A stretch of 64,000 nucleotides of DNA from a bacterium (GTDB lineage Bacteria > Patescibacteriota > Minisyncoccia > Phycocordibacterales > UBA5272): positions 23,947 through 87,946 of the forward strand of contig JAHFNB010000002.1 of assembly GCA_023267595.1 (NCBI GenBank), read 5' to 3'. Within the stretch, counting starts at the first letter, position 1. The number at the start of each line of letters is the position of its first letter. The position numbers and the translations under genes are program-made. The notes beneath the pieces were generated by a model. The model had not been told where the DNA came from. It worked only from the letters and a program-made list of their open reading frames with translations, and did no database searches. Below, in pieces: positions 1 to 8,831 of the stretch.

Positions 1-509
1 TCGCATATGTAATAACAAAAATTATAAAAAATTTTTTAAAAAAATAAAAAATAAAAAATAAAAAAAGTTATCCACATATTTTGTATGTGTATCTATTGTG
101 TGTGTATGATTGCACTGACATACTTATGTGTAGAGAGTCTGATCATGGTCGTGATCATAAAACAATTTACAAATCGCTCTCAAAATTTGAGTACTAAAAT
201 TTTATGGCAAAGAAAAGAAAAGCTGCTAAGAAGTCACACAAGAAGGCTTCAAAGAAGCGAAAGTCAGCAAAGCGTGCTTAGTCACACTTTGTGAAAATAG
301 AAGAAAAAGCATATGCTCCCACATATGCTTTTTCTTTTCTTTATCATAAAACTATTTCATCTACGTTGTTGCAGTTGCAGTTTTATCAGTCAACGTACTT
401 CTGTGTACGTTTTCTTCTAAAACTTTACTGCGCCTCGTCTCTAAAACAGTTTTCTGATAAATTTTTTTCTCATGAAAAAGCACTCCTTTTATGATATAAT
501 ACTTGGATA

Positions 510-3050
510 ATGTCAATTATTTCAAAGTTTTTCCCTGATGAGTCTAAAAAGACTATTAAAAGTCTGTCTCCAATTGTGGATGCAGTTTTTGCGCATGAAG
601 AAGCATTGAAATCTCTCACAGATATAGAACTTAAACACAAAGGTATTTCTCTTAAGGAACGTGTTCAAAAAGAAATAGAAGGATTATCAGGTGTAGAATT
701 AAAGCGAAAAGAAAAAGAAATCCTTGACGAAGTCTTACCACTTGCATTTGCACTTGTTCGCGAAGCATCTCGTCGTACATTACATATGATGCATTACCGT
801 GTACAGGTTATTGGTGGAATACTTCTCCATCGTGGTCATATCGCAGAAATGCGTACTGGTGAAGGAAAAACACTTGCTGCAACATTACCTGCATATTTAA
901 ACGCACTCACTGGTCGTGGTGTACACATTGTTACGGTGAATGATTATTTGTCACGTCGTGATGCCGTATGGATGGGACAAGTTTATGATGCACTTGGTAT
1001 TAGTGTGTCAGTAATTAATCATCAATCATCATTTATGTATGATAGTGAACATTTAAATAAAGAGGAAAGTAAAGATGACGCAAAACGAGATGAAGTCGGG
1101 TCATACAAAGTTATCTATGATTTCTTAAAGCCATGTAATCGTCAGGATGCATATAAAGCAGATATTACCTATGGAACAAATAATGAATTTGGTTTTGACT
1201 ATTTACGTGACAATATTGGCTATAATAAAGAATTAATTACACAACATACCCATCACTATGCAATTGTTGATGAAATAGACTCTATTTTAATAGATGAAGC
1301 ACGAACCCCTCTTATTATTTCTGCACCTTCTGTTGAGTCTAGTGATATGTATACCAAGTTCGCACGTATTGCAGATTCTCTTATTGAAGGAGATGATTAT
1401 ACCGTAGATGAAAAACAACGAGCAATTGCACTTACTGAATCAGGAATTAATAAAGCAGAGAGTACACTTGGCATACAGAATATCTATTCTATAGAGGGAA
1501 TGAAGTATGTGCATCATCTTGAAACTGCAGTACGTGCCAAGGCGCTTTTTATAAAAGAGCGTGAATATGTTGTGCGAGATAATGCAGTTGTTATTGTGGA
1601 TGAGTTCACAGGGCGTATGCAACCAGGGCGTCGTTGGTCAGATGGATTGCACCAAGCAGTCGAAGCAAAAGAAGGAGTAAAGATTGAACAAGAGTCACGC
1701 ACACTTGCCTCTATTACATTTCAGAATTATTTTCGTTTCTATGAAAAGTTATCAGGAATGACAGGAACTGCAGATACTTCAAAAGAAGAGTTCTATAAAG
1801 TATATGGTCTTGTGGTGACCCCTGTTCCTACACATAATCCTATCAATCGTATTGATCATGAAGATTATATTTTCCAAACAGAAAAAGGTAAATGGCAAGC
1901 ACTTACCAGAAAGATACAAGAATTACATACAAAAGGCCAACCAGTACTCATAGGTACTATCTCTATTGAGAAAAACGAAGAGATTTCAAAGTATCTAGAA
2001 CGTGCAGGTATTCCTCATACTATCTTAAACGCAAAGAATCATGAGAAGGAAGGAGAAATTATTGCAGAAGCCGGAAAGAAAGGTGCAGTAACTATTGCAA
2101 CAAACATGGCAGGTCGTGGTGTGGATATTAAATTAGGAGGTCCAAGTGCAACTGATGCAGAGCGTGAAGAGGTGCTTTCACTTGGTGGATTATTCGTGAT
2201 TGGAACAGAACGTCACGAAGCACGTCGTATCGATAATCAGTTACGTGGACGTTCTGGTCGTCAAGGAGATAAAGGCGAGACACAATTTTACGTATCTCTA
2301 GAAGATGATCTCATGCGTGTGTTTGGATCAAGTAATATAAAAAGTATGATGGGACGTTTTGGTATTCCAGAGGATGAACCGGTTGCAAGTAAACTTGTAT
2401 CACGTGCTCTTGAAGGTGCACAAGAAAAAATAGAAGGATTTCACTTTGATACACGTAAACACACACTTCAGTATGATGATGTATTGAATCATCAACGTAC
2501 CAGTATTTATGACAAGCGTCGCAAAATCTTGTTTAATGATGAGTCATTCGTCGATGAAGTGTTCGCAGAATTAATTGCACAGAAACCTGAACTTGAGAAT
2601 ATTCTTGTACAAAAAGAAGAAAAATATACACGTGAGGCTGTGCGTCATATCGTGCGAGTTATGATGTTACAAATTATTGATACTTTATGGATGGAGCATT
2701 TGGATGCAATGGAACATTTACGAAACAGTGTGAATCTCCGTGCTTATGGTCAACGTGATCCGCTCGTTGAATATAAAAAAGAAGGATTACAAGCATTCCG
2801 ATCTCTTGAGCAGTCACTTCGTAATGAACTTATTGTATTTATTGAAAATATTGATGGATTTTTTGCTTCACAACAAGCCGCACAAAATCAGCAATTTGTT
2901 CCCGTTATGGGCAGTGGAGAAAAAAGCGGAAGTGCTCCATCAGATAAAATCGGTAGAAATGATACATGTCCTTGTGGTAGTGGCAAGAAGTGGAAGAAGT
3001 GTGGAGAATTAAATACTGATGAACACAAACAATTGATGGAGAAGAAATAA
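510..3050 (+). CDS. secA: Preprotein translocase ATPase SecA
   Basis: 846-aa ORF with the DEAD-like motor region (GEGKTL, TGRMQPGRRW) and the C-terminal zinc-binding CPCGSGKKWKKC tail typical of SecA. Confidence 0.95.
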   Translation: MSIISKFFPDESKKTIKSLSPIVDAVFAHEEALKSLTDIELKHKGISLKERVQKEIEGLSGVELKRKEKEILDEVLPLAFALVREASRRTLHMMHYRVQVIGGILLHRGHIAEMRTGEGKTLAATLPAYLNALTGRGVHIVTVNDYLSRRDAVWMGQVYDALGISVSVINHQSSFMYDSEHLNKEESKDDAKRDEVGSYKVIYDFLKPCNRQDAYKADITYGTNNEFGFDYLRDNIGYNKELITQHTHHYAIVDEIDSILIDEARTPLIISAPSVESSDMYTKFARIADSLIEGDDYTVDEKQRAIALTESGINKAESTLGIQNIYSIEGMKYVHHLETAVRAKALFIKEREYVVRDNAVVIVDEFTGRMQPGRRWSDGLHQAVEAKEGVKIEQESRTLASITFQNYFRFYEKLSGMTGTADTSKEEFYKVYGLVVTPVPTHNPINRIDHEDYIFQTEKGKWQALTRKIQELHTKGQPVLIGTISIEKNEEISKYLERAGIPHTILNAKNHEKEGEIIAEAGKKGAVTIATNMAGRGVDIKLGGPSATDAEREEVLSLGGLFVIGTERHEARRIDNQLRGRSGRQGDKGETQFYVSLEDDLMRVFGSSNIKSMMGRFGIPEDEPVASKLVSRALEGAQEKIEGFHFDTRKHTLQYDDVLNHQRTSIYDKRRKILFNDESFVDEVFAELIAQKPELENILVQKEEKYTREAVRHIVRVMMLQIIDTLWMEHLDAMEHLRNSVNLRAYGQRDPLVEYKKEGLQAFRSLEQSLRNELIVFIENIDGFFASQQAAQNQQFVPVMGSGEKSGSAPSDKIGRNDTCPCGSGKKWKKCGELNTDEHKQLMEKK

Positions 3051-3088
3051 GTTGCTGCAGATACTCTATGGTAGAATAGTATATATCT

Positions 3089-4369
3089 ATGAAAGATCTT
3101 GTTAAGCAACTCGTTGTTGCTATCCTTACATGGGAAGCAAAGGTAGTTCTCTCAAAATATAAACCGTTTATTATTGGTGTTACTGGAAACCTTGGAAAGA
3201 CGAGTACCAAAGATGCAATCTACGCAGTTATGAAACAACATGTGTATGTGCGTCGTAGTGAGAAGAGTTTAAATAGTGAGTTTGGTGTACCACTTACTAT
3301 ACTTGGTGAAAAATCAGGATGGAATAATCCACTTCGTTGGCTTATGATTATTGTAAGAGGTTTTTTCGTATCCTTTAAAAGTAATTATCCTACACATCTT
3401 GTGCTTGAAATTGGTGCAGATAGACCAGGGGATATACAAAAGGTTTCCAAATGGTTACATCCTGATATTGTTGTGGTAACACAATTTGGTCAAGTTCCCG
3501 TACATGTGGAGTTTTTTGAAAATAGAGATGCGGTGGTTAATGAGAAAGGATATCTTGTTGAGGTACTTAAAGATACTGGATTATTTATTTATAATGCAGA
3601 TGATAATGATGCTCAGAAATTATTAAGTAAGACACAAGCAAGAAAAGTAAGTGTAGGTATTCATGAACAAGCCGATATAAAGGCAAACAATGTACGTATG
3701 TATGGTACTCCACTTATAGGCACTGAAGCAGATGTACTTATTGAAGATAAAGAATATCATATTGTTTTACCTGAAGTTGTAGGTAAGTCCCCTATCTATT
3801 CATCACTTCCGGCATTAGCAATCGCGCGAGAGTTATCTATTCCACTTGAAATTGCGTGTGCATCTCTCCGGGATTCTGATAAACCAAAAGGTCGTATGCG
3901 ACTATTATCTGGTATGAACGGTTCAATCATTATTGATGATACCTATAATGCATCTCCAAAAGCAACAGAGCATGGTCTTAAGACTCTTGCTGATATAGAA
4001 ACAAAGGGGAGAAAAATTGCTGTGTTAGGGGATATGCTTGAACTCGGTGAGTTTACTCATGATGAACATTATAAGATCGGTAAAGTTGCGGCAAAGTCTT
4101 GTCATAAATTATATACAGTTGGAATACGCGCGCGAGTTATTGCAGAAGGTGCACTTGATGAAAAGATGGAGGATATCCATATTATGGAATGCGATACATC
4201 AGTGGATGCAGGTAAGGAATTGGTACAAGTACTTAAAGAAGGTGATGTTGTGTATGTTAAGGGTTCTCAGAGTATGCGTATGGAACGTGCTGTAAAAATG
4301 ATTCTTGCCGAGTCTCATGAGCCATACAAAGTCTTAGTTCGCCAAGAAAAAGATTGGCAAAAGAGATAA
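3089..4369 (+). CDS. murF: UDP-N-acetylmuramoyl-tripeptide--D-alanyl-D-alanine ligase (Mur ligase family)
   Basis: 426 aa with the Mur ligase P-loop GVTGNLGKTSTKD, a central domain and a C-terminal Mur ligase domain; its position after secA is compatible. Confidence 0.8.
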   Translation: MKDLVKQLVVAILTWEAKVVLSKYKPFIIGVTGNLGKTSTKDAIYAVMKQHVYVRRSEKSLNSEFGVPLTILGEKSGWNNPLRWLMIIVRGFFVSFKSNYPTHLVLEIGADRPGDIQKVSKWLHPDIVVVTQFGQVPVHVEFFENRDAVVNEKGYLVEVLKDTGLFIYNADDNDAQKLLSKTQARKVSVGIHEQADIKANNVRMYGTPLIGTEADVLIEDKEYHIVLPEVVGKSPIYSSLPALAIARELSIPLEIACASLRDSDKPKGRMRLLSGMNGSIIIDDTYNASPKATEHGLKTLADIETKGRKIAVLGDMLELGEFTHDEHYKIGKVAAKSCHKLYTVGIRARVIAEGALDEKMEDIHIMECDTSVDAGKELVQVLKEGDVVYVKGSQSMRMERAVKMILAESHEPYKVLVRQEKDWQKR

Positions 4370-4405
4370 GGCAGGGGTTCTGTGCTATAATTTCGGGTAC
4401 TTTTC

Positions 4406-4480
4406 GGCCCTATCGTCTATCGGTTAGGACGTATCCTTCTCAAGGATAAAAGCGCGGTTCGATTCCGCGTAGGGTCACCA
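4406..4480 (+). tRNA. tRNA-Glu (anticodon CTC), CCA encoded
   Basis: Hand-folded cloverleaf: acceptor GGCCCTA/TAGGGTC, anticodon arm TATCC-TTCTCAA-GGATA, T-arm CGCGG-TTCGATT-CCGCG, discriminator A plus CCA. An extended -10 (tgtgcTATAAT) lies about 15 nt upstream. Confidence 0.85.
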
Positions 4481-4536
4481 ATTAGTGCTAGTACGAGAGG
4501 TATGAAATAAATTTATTCAGTGTTATTATTGACAGT

Positions 4537-6258
4537 ATGAGTTTTAAGTTTAAATCAGAGGATAAATCAATTGAAGAAGCTTTGTTTGGAATAAACAACC
4601 TAAGAGTTCCTCAGTTTCAAAGGCCTTACACATGGGAAGAAGACCAGTGCGGGGATTTTTGGAATGATCTAACTGATGATGATTCTTTTTTTCTGGGACA
4701 ATTTATTCTTAACTTCGAAAACAAGGAAAAGGAAAAATTTGTAGACATTGTTGATGGTCAACAAAGAACGACAAGTATATTAATACTATGTGCCGTTTTC
4801 CGCGATAAGTTAAAAGAGTTAGGTTTTAACGATGACGCAGATGTAATACAGGACAATGTGATGATTAGTAGAAAAAGTTTTGACGGGCCAGTCTTTAAGG
4901 TGCTGGTTTCACCCAACGTTAGTTCTTTTTTTGAAAAACACATTCAAACGGGTCAGAATGTGATTCAAACTAATACTTCATTTGATAATGATGAAGAAAA
5001 GAGGGTGATAAAAAACTATCTATTTTTTAAGGAGCAACTTAATGAACGCCTGTCTGGTTTAGATTTAAGTCATCAAGTCAAAGAAATAAAAAGAATTCAA
5101 ACTTTTCTGCTCAACACTAGAATAATTGTTACAGAAATCTATGATGAAAATGATGCTTATGAAATTTTTGAATCTGTGAATAATACAGGTATAGAGCTTG
5201 GGGTTGCGGACCTATTAAAAAATTTCTTGTTCAAGAGAGTTAAAATTGAAGAAGGGGGTTCAGTGTCAGATATAATGGATAAATGGAATGAAGTTTTAGA
5301 AAATGTCCAAAATTCTGAATTAACAAAATTTATAAGATATTATTGGCTTTCAAAACAAAAGGTTTTTGTAACTGAAGCAAAATTGTTTAAAGCAATCAAA
5401 AATCACCCTATAACCAGTGGTAAAGTATTACTACAAGAGCTTGTCGATAACGCTAAAATCTATTATGATTTACGAAACCCTCTTGATGCTGATTTTCAAA
5501 ATGTAGAGAACGTAGAAAGAGTTAGAAATTCCCTCATAGGAATAAGAGAGATGAATATTACTCAATGTTATGTTTTATTACTCTCTATCTATAGAAATAA
5601 AGATAAGATTAATACAAATTGGATAACAGTTTTTGAGCTTATTGAAAAATTTAATTTTATTTATCATGCTGTATCAAAATTACCAGCAAATAAGGTAGAA
5701 AAATTGTATCAAGAACTTGCCTTTAAAATAGAAGACATTGTAAACAAGAATGAAAACAGTGATTCGATGAGAGTTATTTTGGAAACTGAATTCAATAATC
5801 TTGAGAATAAATTAAAATCACTATTGCCCCCTAAAGAGGTTTTTATTCTAGGTTTTTCAGATCTCACTTATAAAAAGAAAGGTCTATGTCGATATACATT
5901 ATCAAAAATCGAAGAAAGTTTTGGAACCAAAGAGTATGTGCTTAACCACCCTACAATTACCATTGAGCATATATTACCTCAAAAACCTGGGAAAGACTGG
6001 AATTTAACATCCGGACAAATAAAAAACTATGTTCACAATATAGGTAATTTAACATTACTAGGTAAAAAACCTAATGGCACAGTTCAAAATAAGTCTATTG
6101 CAGATAAAATCATTATTTTAAAAGAATCAACAGAAGTAAAAATAACCCAGAAACTACTTTCTCAGATTGAGCCTACTGGTATATGGAATGAGGAATCTAT
6201 TAAAAGTCGAGCTATAGAGTTGGCAAATGTTGCCTTTGATAAGGTCTGGAAAATCTAA
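4537..6258 (+). CDS. GmrSD-family type IV restriction endonuclease-like protein (DUF262 N-terminal ParB-like NTPase + DUF1524 C-terminal His-Me nuclease)
   Basis: 573 aa. N-terminus has the DUF262 signature IVDGQQRTTS and FESVNNTG. C-terminus has the DUF1524 His-Me finger pattern IEHILPQ ... HNIGNLTLL ... N. Confidence 0.75.
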   Translation: MSFKFKSEDKSIEEALFGINNLRVPQFQRPYTWEEDQCGDFWNDLTDDDSFFLGQFILNFENKEKEKFVDIVDGQQRTTSILILCAVFRDKLKELGFNDDADVIQDNVMISRKSFDGPVFKVLVSPNVSSFFEKHIQTGQNVIQTNTSFDNDEEKRVIKNYLFFKEQLNERLSGLDLSHQVKEIKRIQTFLLNTRIIVTEIYDENDAYEIFESVNNTGIELGVADLLKNFLFKRVKIEEGGSVSDIMDKWNEVLENVQNSELTKFIRYYWLSKQKVFVTEAKLFKAIKNHPITSGKVLLQELVDNAKIYYDLRNPLDADFQNVENVERVRNSLIGIREMNITQCYVLLLSIYRNKDKINTNWITVFELIEKFNFIYHAVSKLPANKVEKLYQELAFKIEDIVNKNENSDSMRVILETEFNNLENKLKSLLPPKEVFILGFSDLTYKKKGLCRYTLSKIEESFGTKEYVLNHPTITIEHILPQKPGKDWNLTSGQIKNYVHNIGNLTLLGKKPNGTVQNKSIADKIIILKESTEVKITQKLLSQIEPTGIWNEESIKSRAIELANVAFDKVWKI

Positions 6259-6408
6259 ATCTACGCACGAGAAGGGTCAAAATGATATGCTAAAAACAAA
6301 CAAATAAACCTTGTGGGGGGGAATGAACCCATTAAGTTCTACCTGTTGAACGCTCACAGATAACAATGAGCAGTATTTTGGTGCGATTTTCATATTTGTG
6401 ATCCTATA

Positions 6409-6430
6409 GCAAGCCAACTGCTTGGCTTGC
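6409..6430 (+). repeat. Small hairpin GCAAGCCAA-ctgc-TTGGCTTGC immediately preceding structured element copy C
   Basis: Perfect 9-bp stem with the same ctgc loop as the hairpin that precedes copy B. Confidence 0.5.
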
Positions 6431-6433
6431 GAA

Positions 6434-6517
6434 GGAATCGAATAGGGGTCGAGGAGTCTCCTGTTTCGAACGAAGTAAGAAACGAGACGAGGTGACCGAT
6501 TCCGCGTAGGGTCACAG
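6434..6517 (+). repeat. Structured GC-rich element, copy C (GGAATCG...GAATAGGGGTCG...TGACC-GATTCC + tRNA-Glu 3'-end mimic)
   Basis: Shares the outer-stem architecture and GAATAGGGGTCG box with copies A (26863-26951) and B (56687-56789, minus strand). It ends with a 19-nt copy of the tRNA-Glu 3' end. Confidence 0.5.
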
Positions 6518-6594
6518 AATTGTCTTTTACCAAAAAACCTTTATTTTATAAGGTTTTTTGGTTATTACTATATAGGTTTCTTGGGCTAAAATGC

Positions 6595-6623
6595 TTGACA
6601 AAGGTGTTTAAATCTGCTATAAT
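6595..6623 (+). promoter_or_regulatory. Sigma70-like promoter (TTGACA-17 nt-TATAAT) upstream of the 6755 gene
   Basis: cTTGACAaaggtgtttaaatctgcTATAATga matches the consensus. Confidence 0.4.
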
Positions 6624-6754
6624 GACACACAATAGTGGACGTGTAAATACCTTAGATTATCAACGTGTAATAACAACGATTTCTCTGGTATTTTATTTTC
6701 ACTCACTATTTTCAGAAGACACAGGACCGTTTTATGGAGCGTAACCATTAAACT

Positions 6755-7291
6755 ATGATCAAAAACATTTATAAGGTAAGTCAAATACTCGCGTTTGTGC
6801 CATTCATGGCCATCCCAAGTATCTCACTTGCTTCACATATTGGCTCACTGAAAACTGCTTCTGTAACCACAGAACAAGTCTCAGTTGAAGATCTCCGTCA
6901 AGAAAAAGCAGATGCCATCGATTCTTATTTTAAGGATCGTTCAATGCCACTTAAAGGTACAGGTATGACATTCGTACTCGTTGCCGAGAAGTATGGTCTT
7001 GATTGGCGTCTACTTCCTGCAATTGCAGTTCGTGAATCCTCAGGTGGAAAGAATGCGTGTGGAAACAATCCATTCGGTTGGGGATCATGTAAGTTACATA
7101 ACTTCGGAAGTTTTGAACAGGCTATTGAATCTCTAGGTAAAAACTTAGGAGGTGCTAACCCAAAGACTGCTCGATACTATGCTGGAAAGTCAACTGCAGA
7201 AAAGTTATATCACTATAACGGTACTGTACTTGCTACATATCCAGATGAAGTTACTGAAATTATGAAATTAATCGAGACCGATAATAGTTAA
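6755..7291 (+). CDS. Secreted peptidoglycan hydrolase-like protein (glucosaminidase / FlgJ-type lysozyme-like domain)
   Basis: N-terminal signal-like hydrophobic segment. The motif LLPAIAVRESSGGKNACGNNPFGWGS resembles the ALESGWG...NNLFGI core of GH73 glucosaminidase domains. Confidence 0.5.
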   Translation: MIKNIYKVSQILAFVPFMAIPSISLASHIGSLKTASVTTEQVSVEDLRQEKADAIDSYFKDRSMPLKGTGMTFVLVAEKYGLDWRLLPAIAVRESSGGKNACGNNPFGWGSCKLHNFGSFEQAIESLGKNLGGANPKTARYYAGKSTAEKLYHYNGTVLATYPDEVTEIMKLIETDNS

Positions 7292-7360
7292 TATAATTAT
7301 CGATCTCGCGTGCCCCGCGAAACATACATGTGAAGTGGGGTAACTCATACCAGAGTAAAC

Positions 7361-7398
7361 AAAAACACGACCCGCAAAGGTCGTGTTTTTGTTTTTTA
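7361..7398 (+). terminator. Rho-independent terminator (aaaaacacgacc-cgcaaa-ggtcgtgtttttgtttttt)
   Basis: GC stem followed by a T-run, downstream of the 6755-7291 CDS. Confidence 0.5.
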
Positions 7399-7616
7399 TA
7401 TGAATGGTACACTTATGTGTAGGATCTTTATGAGAGGAGATAGCCATGTACCATATTTTATATAATCCACCAATTTGGATGTTACTGTGGTACAACATGT
7501 GGTGGTCTGCGTATAATCCGCACACCTACATGTCATCAAGGAAACGTGTGGCTGCAAATGACGAGTAACTTTCTCAAAGACCAAAATTGTTTTCAAACAT
7601 TTTGGTCTTTGTCTGT

Positions 7617-7916
7617 TTAATCTTTCTTATCTAGTTTATCTAATCCCAATTTCTTAACACCGAAGTAGACAACACATGCGATGATAATAAAATTAACACA
7701 TGCCCCAATAAATACTCCATATTCTATTGTTGCACCATATATTGTAAATGAGGCATTTTGTATACTCCCAAAAACAGAAAGTAATACTTGGAGTATAGGA
7801 TTGATAATATTTGTGACAATTGATTTTACAAGATCACTAATTGCGCCCCCGAGTATAAAACCAACTGCTAGACCAACTACACCTTGAGAACGAATAAATT
7901 CTAAAAATCCTTTCAT
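7617..7916 (-). CDS. mscL: Large-conductance mechanosensitive channel MscL
   Basis: Start MKGFLEFIRSQGVVGLAVGFILGGA matches the MscL N-terminus/TM1 pattern, and length is about 100 aa. The longer 160-aa ORF would overlap tRNA-Ser, so the internal ATG at 7916 is preferred. Confidence 0.8.
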   Translation of the reverse strand: MKGFLEFIRSQGVVGLAVGFILGGAISDLVKSIVTNIINPILQVLLSVFGSIQNASFTIYGATIEYGVFIGACVNFIIIACVVYFGVKKLGLDKLDKKD

Positions 7917-8000
7917 ATATATTATTAAATATTTTATAGAAGTTAGTATATCTTTTATCATTAGAAAGCAATAGTGAAGTGTGTTAGAATAAAGCCCATT

Positions 8001-8088
8001 CGGAGATGTGGCTGAGTTGGTCGAAGGCACCTCACTGCTAACGAGGCAAGGGTTTACGCCCTTCGCGAGTTCGAATCTCGCCGTCTCC
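8001..8088 (+). tRNA. tRNA-Ser (anticodon GCT), class II with long variable arm
   Basis: Acceptor GGAGATG/CGTCTCC, anticodon loop CTGCTAA, long variable arm CAAGGGTTTACGCCCTTC, T-arm GCGAG-TTCGAAT-CTCGC. No CCA encoded. Confidence 0.85.
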
Positions 8089-8102
8089 GCATATACCATC
8101 TT

Positions 8103-8192
8103 GGAGAGATGGATGAGTGGTTTAAATCAACGGTTTACTAAACCGTCGACCTTTTATTAGGTCCGTGGGTTCGAATCCCACTCTCTCCGCCA
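8103..8192 (+). tRNA. Class II tRNA (long variable arm; anticodon loop TTACTAA gives apparent anticodon ACT, so assignment is uncertain)
   Basis: Acceptor GGAGAGA/TCTCTCC, anticodon arm ACGGT-TTACTAA-ACCGT, variable arm CGACCTTTTATTAGGTCC, T-arm GTGGG-TTCGAAT-CCCAC, discriminator G plus CCA. Confidence 0.7.
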
Positions 8193-8300
8193 GTTTAAAA
8201 GTATTTTGTATATACCTAACTTTACTTGTTAGATATTGCTATACTAAACAAAAGACCTAGTCGGTTCTTATTTATTAATTAACATATAGACATAATAATA

Positions 8301-8765
8301 ATGAAAAAAGTATATCTGAGTATCATAATCACACTCTCAACATTGTCACTGACATATGCAGAAGAAGCACAGAAACAAATGCCTCCACAAGTGGCACCCA
8401 TGGTCTCTACTGGAGATGTAAAGATAGACGAGCAAATCAAAGCATTGAATAAGGAAATGGAAGAGAAGATCAAAGCAATTCGCGATGATTATCTAACACG
8501 AATTAAAGCAATTGTAGGAACAAGAAAAGTTATGATGGCATCCACAACTCCACGAGGAATGATGGAAGGAGAAAAAAGAGGAATGAATGAAGGAAAGAAA
8601 ATGGGTCGCCCTATGATGGGAACATCAACAGATGGAACTATGCAACCTCCGATGAGACGAGCAGAGGTGCGAGGTGTAGAAACAGAGAATCTTAATCAAG
8701 TTGGTAATGCATTTGGTCCACGTATTCAAAATTTCTTAAAAGGATTTTTTGGAGGAGGCGAATAA
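8301..8765 (+). CDS. Secreted Met-rich hypothetical protein (possible periplasmic metal/Cu-binding)
   Basis: Signal peptide MKKVYLSIIITLSTLSLTYA. Met-rich segments such as MMEGEKRGMNEGKKMGRPMMG and MQPPM resemble Met-rich Cu(I)-binding motifs. Confidence 0.45.
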   Translation: MKKVYLSIIITLSTLSLTYAEEAQKQMPPQVAPMVSTGDVKIDEQIKALNKEMEEKIKAIRDDYLTRIKAIVGTRKVMMASTTPRGMMEGEKRGMNEGKKMGRPMMGTSTDGTMQPPMRRAEVRGVETENLNQVGNAFGPRIQNFLKGFFGGGE

Positions 8766-8799
8766 TAGAGAACTTTGGTTCTAGTACAGCACTATATAA

Positions 8800-8822
8800 A
8801 CATCCCTGTGGAAGCAGGGATA
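8800..8822. terminator. Bidirectional hairpin terminator (atccctg-tggaag-cagggat) between convergent genes
   Basis: Perfect 7-bp stem between the 8301-8765 (+) and comFC (-) stops. Confidence 0.4.
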
Positions 8823-8831
8823 TTTATATAG

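Larger units (their letters stand above)
4481..6517 (+). mobile_element. Putative tRNA-Glu-integrated mini-island (~2 kb, one cargo gene, no integrase)
   Basis: The 3' 19-20 nt of tRNA-Glu (CGATTCCGCGTAGGGTCAC, 4460-4478) recur as a direct repeat at 6497-6515. The interval holds one defense-type gene plus a conserved structured end element. Confidence 0.5.

Noticed and set aside
85-494. Two ORFs (69 and 67 aa) in the AT-rich secA upstream region
   Set aside because: Composition and translations are non-protein-like, and the region contains a terminator hairpin and the secA promoter. Only the alternative-frame K-rich sORF is kept, as a low-interest finding
7268-7596. Two minus-strand ORFs (85 and 66 aa) between the 6755-7291 CDS and mscL
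   Set aside because: They lie in a convergent intergenic region occupied by terminator hairpins, and their translations are Cys/His-rich and non-protein-like
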